A stretch of DNA of 64,000 bases, taken from NCBI GenBank assembly GCA_951406725.2, contig OX597818.1, positions 62,124,001-62,188,000 of the forward strand, given 5' to 3'. The notes beneath the pieces were generated by a model that saw nothing but the letters and a program-made list of their open reading frames with translations, had not been told where the DNA came from and did no database searches. The position numbers and the translations under genes are program-made. Numbering within the stretch: position 1 is the stretch's first letter; each line of letters begins with the position of its first letter. Of the stretch, positions 55,588 to 64,000 are shown in pieces. Source of the stretch: Octopus vulgaris (lineage: Eukaryota).

Positions 55588-55808
55588 TATCTATAAATTA
55601 ATATGTTACATTACTCAATAGTCAAGATAAATCTCTGAGTTTCAGATGCTGAAGTGGAAATCCACAACACCATGTCTTCGGCATCTGAAACTCAGAGTTT
55701 TATCTTGACTATTGAGTAATGTAACATATTAATTTATAGATAAATTTCCGCTATTTACATAATATTGAGGTCTCTTTCTTTCTTTCTTTTGTTATCTTAC
55801 CGTTTTTA

Positions 55809-55812
<4 letters not shown>
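55588..55812. repeat. 67-bp inverted repeat plus unique tail (Penelope-like foldback)
   Basis: Arms 55588-55654 and 55676-55742; GAAA-CT-CAG-AG-TT near the centre. Confidence 0.85.
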
Positions 55813-55865
<53 letters not shown>

Positions 55866-57271
55866 CCAAACTTACAGGGAAAAATTCAATTTAGAGATAC
55901 TAAATCAAATTTCACAATCATTGTTATATTTTTCAATCTTATATTTAAGTTTTCTATTATGTAATTTTCTAGATGGTGTAATTTAAGTTTTCATTATTGA
56001 ATTGATAAAAGGTGCTTTTTCTAATTTATATATATACATATATTTACGTTTGTGTGTATATATGTATATGTGTGTGTGAGTGTGCACGTGCGTGTATATA
56101 CATATGTGTGCACTTAATACATAATACATATATACATGTATATACACACGGGCAGATATATATTTCTATATACTGAGTTGATGTACAAACAACATAAAAT
56201 ACACACGCGGTATTTAAGAGCTTCATTATTAACAGATCGTTAAACTCCAATAGATTATTAAAATGAAATAAATATTGATAGAATAAACTTGCCAATATAT
56301 GCTGAATCGGTTAAAATGCGAATTCAGAGCAATATATTTAGAACATTTCGATGTAGAAAAGCAAATATTTCACATAGAATCCGTTATGTAATTTTTCTCG
56401 ACAGCTGTTTCAATAGAGTAGAAATATCATTTACGTTATAGTTAAATTAAATGTAATAGCTTATCTATTTCCTCACCAGAAATAGATAAACGAAACAACT
56501 GTAATATAACCAATTAAGTAGCACACATAATAAATTAATTTATTTGTGATGGGCTATCTATTTCGTGAGGGACAAAAGTGAAATAAAATCGACGCTGATT
56601 ATGAAAAGCAAAGGGGACACATCTGTGTGTCTGTGTGTAAAATCCAAATATTGTTGGGTTTCACGTATAAAACATACCAAAACAATGGCAATCTACGATT
56701 ATCAAGATGGATTCGAGTTTCTCATCGAAGATAAGCAGGATCTCCTGGTAGAGTGTGCCAGGATTGAAAAGGGGTCACAGATATTTACCATGTTTAATTA
56801 GATTTAGATTGTGTCTGACTATTTTAACTTGTCCGACGTTAGGGTGACGGAAACTGAATCAAGATTAAAAGCAAACAATTTCCAGTCATGTTTGTGGATG
56901 GGTATGTCTGGTATTGGTCTGTCTGAGAGTCACTGGTGTTAAGGGTGCTAAAAATATAAACAAATACACACCAAAACAAATAAATAAGAGTCGATAAAAT
57001 CGCAGTCTTTGCATATCTGCATACATGATACAGAGGTACTTGAGTGAAAATCAGTTTATATATACAATTGTTTGTTGCTTTTTATGAATATATCCTCCTC
57101 CTCCTCCTCCTCCTCCTCCTCCTCCTCCTCCTCCTCCTCCTCCTCCTCCTCCTCCTCCTCAACCCCCCTCCTCCCCAACCTCCTCCTCCCCAACCTCCCC
57201 TCCTCCTCCTCCTCATCGTCAACATCATCATCATCATATTCATCATTTAGGTGCCCTCCCTATATATATAT

Positions 57272-57406
57272 TTAGCTTGCTTACCAACCACATGGTTCCG
57301 GGTTCAGTCCCACTGCATGGCACCTTGGGCAAGCGATTTCTCCTATAACCTCGGGCCGACCAAAGTGGATTCGGCAGACGGAAACGGAAAGAAGCCCATC
57401 GCATAT

Positions 57407-57449
<43 letters not shown>

Positions 57450-57650
57450 TGTGTGTATGTGTGTGTGTGTTTTTGAGTTTCTGTGTTTGTCCCCCGAACA
57501 TCGCTTCACAACCGATGCTGGTGAGTTTAAATCCCCGGAACTTCGCGGTTCGGCAAAAAAGACCGATAGGATAAGCACTCGTCTTACAAAGAATAAGAGG
57601 TCAATTTGTTCGACTAAATGATTGAAACAAGTAAAAGAATAAAAGAATAT
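57272..57650 (+). mobile_element. SINE B
   Basis: Family motifs; preceded by (CCT)n at 57093-57215. Confidence 0.8.
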
Positions 57651-57748
57651 ATATTCACACACACACACACACACACACATGCACGCACGGACACGGATGT
57701 ACATTTCCGTATGTATATTTTTCTGTAAATTTGAACTGTATATATATG

Positions 57749-57840
<92 letters not shown>

Positions 57841-58098
57841 TACATATATATGTATATATTGCTGATGACGTCATAAGAATTTTATAAGCTTTCCAAAGAA
57901 CATAAAAATCATTCATCTTCTTTTCTTTTGAATATGTCAAGTGCACTATAAAAAACAGCACGTAAATATTGGTTTGAAAAACACTTTTCTATAAGGTTTC
58001 GACATTTTACAAAAATAAAGAAAAGAAATTTTACACACACACACAGACACAGATATATATATATGTATATATGTATATATATATATACATATATATAT

Positions 58099-58139
<41 letters not shown>

Positions 58140-58314
58140 CTCTCGTTTCAGCTCAGAGCTATGGCCATGCTGATGCACCGAGGTTTTAAACTGTTATTAC
58201 TAAGAGCCTCCTCTAACATGTGGCACTTGGTGAAGCATGGAGTTTGATATAGCTACCCTCACTTGCACCTCTTATATATATATGTATGTATATATACATA
58301 GATAAATATGTATA

Positions 58315-58358
<44 letters not shown>

Positions 58359-58507
58359 GTATGAATTATATATAGAGGGCATTATACATACATGCCAGAG
58401 GGCATTATACATACATGCCACACGCTAAGAGGGACAATTAGTCATTTCTACCAAAAATATTACTAATCCCACCGAATGCAATTTTTATAAGACATTTAAA
58501 AAATATA

Positions 58508-58553
58508 GACCTGTATCACAGTGATTTCATACTTACGTATTCATCAGCAGGCC
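58508..58553 (-). ncRNA. Type I hammerhead ribozyme with canonical core
   Basis: GGCCTG-CTGATGA-ATAC-GTAA-GTAT-GAAA-TCA-CTG-TGA-TA-CAGGTC; all three stems pair. Confidence 0.85.
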
Positions 58554-58705
58554 TGGATGTATCATACATAAACGATCGCTTAAGCCGATCAGCTAACTGA
58601 TCAACATCAACGAAGCACATGGGTGAGTTTACATATATTACATCCGGTAAATGGCAGACTTTACGAACTGCATTTCGGAAAGGAAAAGTTTTTTCGAATA
58701 AAATT

Positions 58706-58865
58706 TAGCAATTAAGGATATATTAATAAGGAAAATTATTGTCAGGTAGATAGCGTGAAAACCTATAAGAGAAAAAATTTGAAAATAATTATTATGAGGT
58801 TTTCACGCTATCTACCTGACAATTTCTTGTTAAGTTTTCCTATTAAGTAGTTGTCCTAATTGCTA
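58706..58865. repeat. Foldback with perfect 27-bp core arms
   Basis: Arms 58738-58764 and 58797-58823 with imperfect outer extension. Confidence 0.85.
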
Positions 58866-59018
58866 TATATATGTATGTATATTTATATGTATATATATTT
58901 ATATATATATATATGTAGATTAAAAGGCTTCCAATAAAGAAGCAAGTGCTAGATACTCAAAGAGGGGATAAATTCATGAAATGGAAAGAAAATTAAAAAC
59001 GTTTACCATCTCAGCAAA

Positions 59019-59095
59019 TCTTGTACTGCAGTTTCGTCTTTTTTTTTTAGCAAATGGATAGAATTCATCTGCCAAGGCCAGAATCGTCAGCAAGA
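59019..59095 (-). ncRNA. Type I hammerhead ribozyme with long stem II
   Basis: TCTTG-CTGACGA-[long hairpin]-GAAA-C-TGCA-G-TA-CAAGA; 10.1-11.1 pair mismatched. Confidence 0.75.
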
Positions 59096-59190
59096 AGCCT
59101 TTATAATCCAAGCTATACATATCGCTAGAAGTACGTGCAAATCTAACGATTTGTAAATTCTAACTTTTCAGACCAGTGCGCAGACGCAAA

Positions 59191-59247
<57 letters not shown>

Positions 59248-59384
59248 CATATATATATAAAATAATAATTTTATTTCTAGTTGACATAATAGAAAAAACA
59301 TTATCTATGTCTCCTGTGTTATGGAGCACTCTGTATTCCTATAGACACCATACAACGGACATTAGCTTTTTTTTCTTGGCTCGG

Positions 59385-59990
59385 CTTCGCTAACGAAAAT
59401 TTACGTAGGAGTTTGTTCACGTCTGTTGCAGGCTTGCTGATGTCTGACGAGTCGGATTCGCGACGAAACTGGCACTATCACAGAGGCTGCATGGGAAAGT
59501 AGGCTGATCAGGGCTGGCTGGCGTCTTCTTGTTTGTCTTCCTTTTTCTCCTGTCAAACAGGATGGTCCTGTGGATGTCTTCACTGTAGACTGTTGCTCGG
59601 GGACGGTGAAATGCCAGGCTACACGGCCAGCGGCAAGAACAGACCACTGATGGCGATCAGTGTGGTCGGCACCAAGTGATTTCTTAAGGTAGTCTTTGTA
59701 CATCTTCTGAGGTGGTCTCCTATCACAGTGACCAGAGGAGAGTTTGTCGTACAGTGTGATCTGAGAAAGTTGTTGAATCGCCGTCCAGGTGGCTTGTGCC
59801 ACTCGGCGTAGCTACGTTTTCTGTAAATTTGCTTTTGATGTGGGTGACCTTCGTCAGCTGTGGGATCTCGACGTTTGCCACTACAGTGGATGCGGGGGAT
59901 GATGTGAAGTCAGCGCTGATGGAACAATAGGTGGTGCTGATAGAGGAGAACAGACTGTGGAAGCCACACAGTGTATTCTGTGGATCGTCC
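59385..59990 (-). pseudogene. RTE/BovB-like LINE 3' fragment
   Basis: KLSSGHCDRRPPQKMYKDYLKKSL..HQWSVLAAGRVAW; decayed terminal zinc finger FPCSLC..SRIRLVRH. Confidence 0.8.
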
Positions 59991-60212
59991 AAAGAGAGTC
60001 TGGAGCAAGACCAAAATATAGAGGGCTGTCCTTCTCTTTTTCACTTTCTCTCTCTTCCTCTCTCTTCTTCTCACACATACCCACACAAGTGAGCACATAG
60101 GCAAAAAAAGGCAGGAACCATAGTATTCGAATACCTAAGACAGAGTAAAATACTCTTTCATTAAAGTCCCCCAAAATGTCACAAAATGTACTATATGTAT
60201 CCTAAATAAGAT

Positions 60213-60684
<472 letters not shown>

Positions 60685-60689
60685 ATGAT

Positions 60690-60835
60690 CACAACTACCC
60701 CGATCGAGAAGTGAAATTCTGAGCAGCATTTTTGTGATGTTCTTGTAGGTTAAATAAAAAAAGGTTTATTGCTCTACCTCCGGTATTCGAGTACTGTTTT
60801 TTCCCACCATATTTAGCCTTTATGTGCTTACTCAT
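60690..60835 (+). mobile_element. Third, decayed copy of the 7401/52185 mini-element
   Basis: Shares TATTCGAGTACT..TTTTCCCACC..TTTATGTGCTTACTC. Confidence 0.7.
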
Positions 60836-61474
60836 GTATACATACATAGTATGCACATCTGTCTCTCTCGGTCTATGTATGTATGTATGTATGTATGTAT
60901 GTATGTATCTATCTATCCATCTATCTATCAATATACACACTCACACACACACGCACACGCACACACAGAAGCACGAGCTCACACACACACACACACACAC
61001 ACACACGAACACACGCACAATACTACTCTCACGTCATTTCGACGGATGACAACAACCTTTTGTTTGCTGTTAGAATACTCACAGAGAAGAATTATTCTCA
61101 GAGGCGAAGGCATCTGAATGACCCTATCTCATTTTCAGGAAATGCTGATGACATCAGCTTTTTCTAAAAAAATAATTTCCACCTTCAGGGTTGGTTGTTT
61201 TCACCAAGACTAAATGTCTAATCCCCCCTCTTAGACGAAATGCGCAAAGGGATAGCAAACCAAAGCTTTCCAAGTTGTTCCTATTTTCTGTCCTTTTCTG
61301 TTTTTAATTATTTGAGGTCTTCCGGTAGGGAAAAAGGAGCAATTTCTAACATTAATACAAAGCTTGATCATTGGAATGTAGATAACAAAAACGATGTCAC
61401 AATTTGAACTTGTGAAAAGTCATGCATATTTTTACTATACCGCTTACAAATTGTATTTGAATGTGCGTGTGGGA

Positions 61475-61526
<52 letters not shown>

Positions 61527-61575
61527 AAATATATATAGATACATTCTCAAAGTGTGTGTATATATATATATATCA

Positions 61576-61752
<177 letters not shown>

Positions 61753-61899
61753 GTGAAATAGAAAGATGAATAATCTTGTTGCAGATTAATCAAAAGTTTA
61801 ACCGATACCTTGGTAGCAAAAATCACGGCAGAAGACAGCACGGTTGGAGGTACAACCATATGGTGTTGCAACCGTGCGTTGGTGCGGATAATTGAATTT

Positions 61900-62199
<300 letters not shown>

Positions 62200-62589
62200 G
62201 ATACATTCTCAAAGTGTATATATATATGTGTGTGTATTCTTAAAGCATATACATATATATATTCTTCAAGTGTGAGTGTATGTATGTATGTATGTATGTA
62301 TATATATATACATATATATACATATATACACACAATATGTATATATTCTTTTACTGATTTTATCCAGATACTTTTCTGTTTGAAATTCTGCACCCAACAA
62401 GGAATTGTCAAACTGATATCGACCAATCTTCAATAGAACTTATTCAATATCCAGACGCATAACTCCTCGAAGAAGGAAAATAATTCTTCGTCTGCTGCAC
62501 ATGAATACACCCCGCATATAACCACATACACACATACACACACACACATATATATTATATATATATGGATGCATATGTCTGTGTATGTA

Positions 62590-62630
<41 letters not shown>

Positions 62631-63434
62631 TATGTGCGCACATAGTTGCATCTCTCTTCTGGTACCTTGAAAGACGGATGCATCTACACGAAATCGTTTG
62701 ATCAATGCAATACTATGAATATCATCGATCTGTAATATAGGAATGATTATTCTTCTTTTAATGGATATAATGCTTCTTATGATTAAAATACTTTTAATAG
62801 TTATTATACAACGTAGCGTTATTATGTATCTGGACCTGTTACACTTCTAATGGTTATTATGCTTTTTACAGCTTTACAGTTCTTAATCTTATAATTTGAT
62901 CTCTTAATCCATAACGCGTTCGAAAATGTATTACTCAGTTTCTTCTTGGTTGTCAGCAAGTGTCGCTTAGTCTTAATAACATATTGCCATCGAACGTCTC
63001 ATCTCTGAAATCTCTTTTATCATCTTTCTTTTTAACTGTAATCTCAAAAATTGATTTCATAGTCTTGGTTTTAACCAGAGTGAATATATTTCCTTTCTTG
63101 GGAAATCAAAAGACTAGTTTTATCGTTACTCACTAATTTAATATGTTGCTGTTTAACTTTAGAACCGGAAATTTTCTCTAAAATATTCATAGAATATCCA
63201 GATAACGAAAGAATGGTTCATATGATAACTTTTGTTAATGATGGTGACTTCAATCTTTTCTTGTTTTATTACGTTTCATTTTGTTGGCTTTCTTTGCAAT
63301 TCTTGTTTTTTTTTTTAATCTTTTCTCTTCATTATTTTTCTCGGTGATATTTTCTTCCAAATACTCTTTAAATCACAAATAGTCACTCTACATTACTGAA
63401 CAACACAATTGAGAATCTATGAATCTACATTCTT

Positions 63435-63506
<72 letters not shown>

Positions 63507-63507
63507 C

Positions 63508-63561
<54 letters not shown>

Positions 63562-63576
63562 TCATAGTTTTATATT

Positions 63577-63656
<80 letters not shown>

Positions 63657-63754
63657 CATATACATATATACGTATGCATATATATACATATATACACATA
63701 CATATATATGCAAACACACACATATATATATATATATAAACATATACCCGTATA

Positions 63755-63808
<54 letters not shown>

Positions 63809-64000
63809 TATACATATATATATAGATATGCATACATACATATATGTGTGTGTGTGTGTGTGTGTTTGTGTGAATGCATAAATAAATATACGTCTGTGTG
63901 TGTGCATAATAAAAAATAAAGCCACTGCCAATCTTTTCTATTTTTAATCTCGCTAAATATTTTAAAATCCCATGCATACGAAGAACACATTTAGATTCTA

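Noticed and set aside
61216-61246. GTCTAA/TTAGAC-GAAA-TGCGCA hammerhead remnant
   Set aside because: U16.1 and the 5' core are missing; suggestive but unsupported.

Overview
AT-rich eukaryotic DNA, very dense in microsatellites and transposon relics. The SINE families and repeat content suggest an octopus (coleoid) genome, which is an inference from recall. No convincing host protein-coding exon was found, and nearly all supplied ORFs are microsatellite read-throughs. The window holds four tRNA-derived SINE families in many copies, fragments of RTE, R4/Dong and CR1/L2-like LINEs, three Tc1/mariner relics, hAT and mariner MITEs, non-autonomous Helitrons and a Helentron. The most notable signal is about a dozen short (100-350 bp) inserts of several unrelated sequence families that sit inside or against (TA)n and similar microsatellites. 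They carry type I hammerhead-ribozyme motifs, including a canonical one at 58508-58553, and several are near-perfect foldbacks whose arms begin inside the ribozyme. This looks like a diverse microsatellite-targeting population of Penelope-like or retrozyme-like mini-elements.
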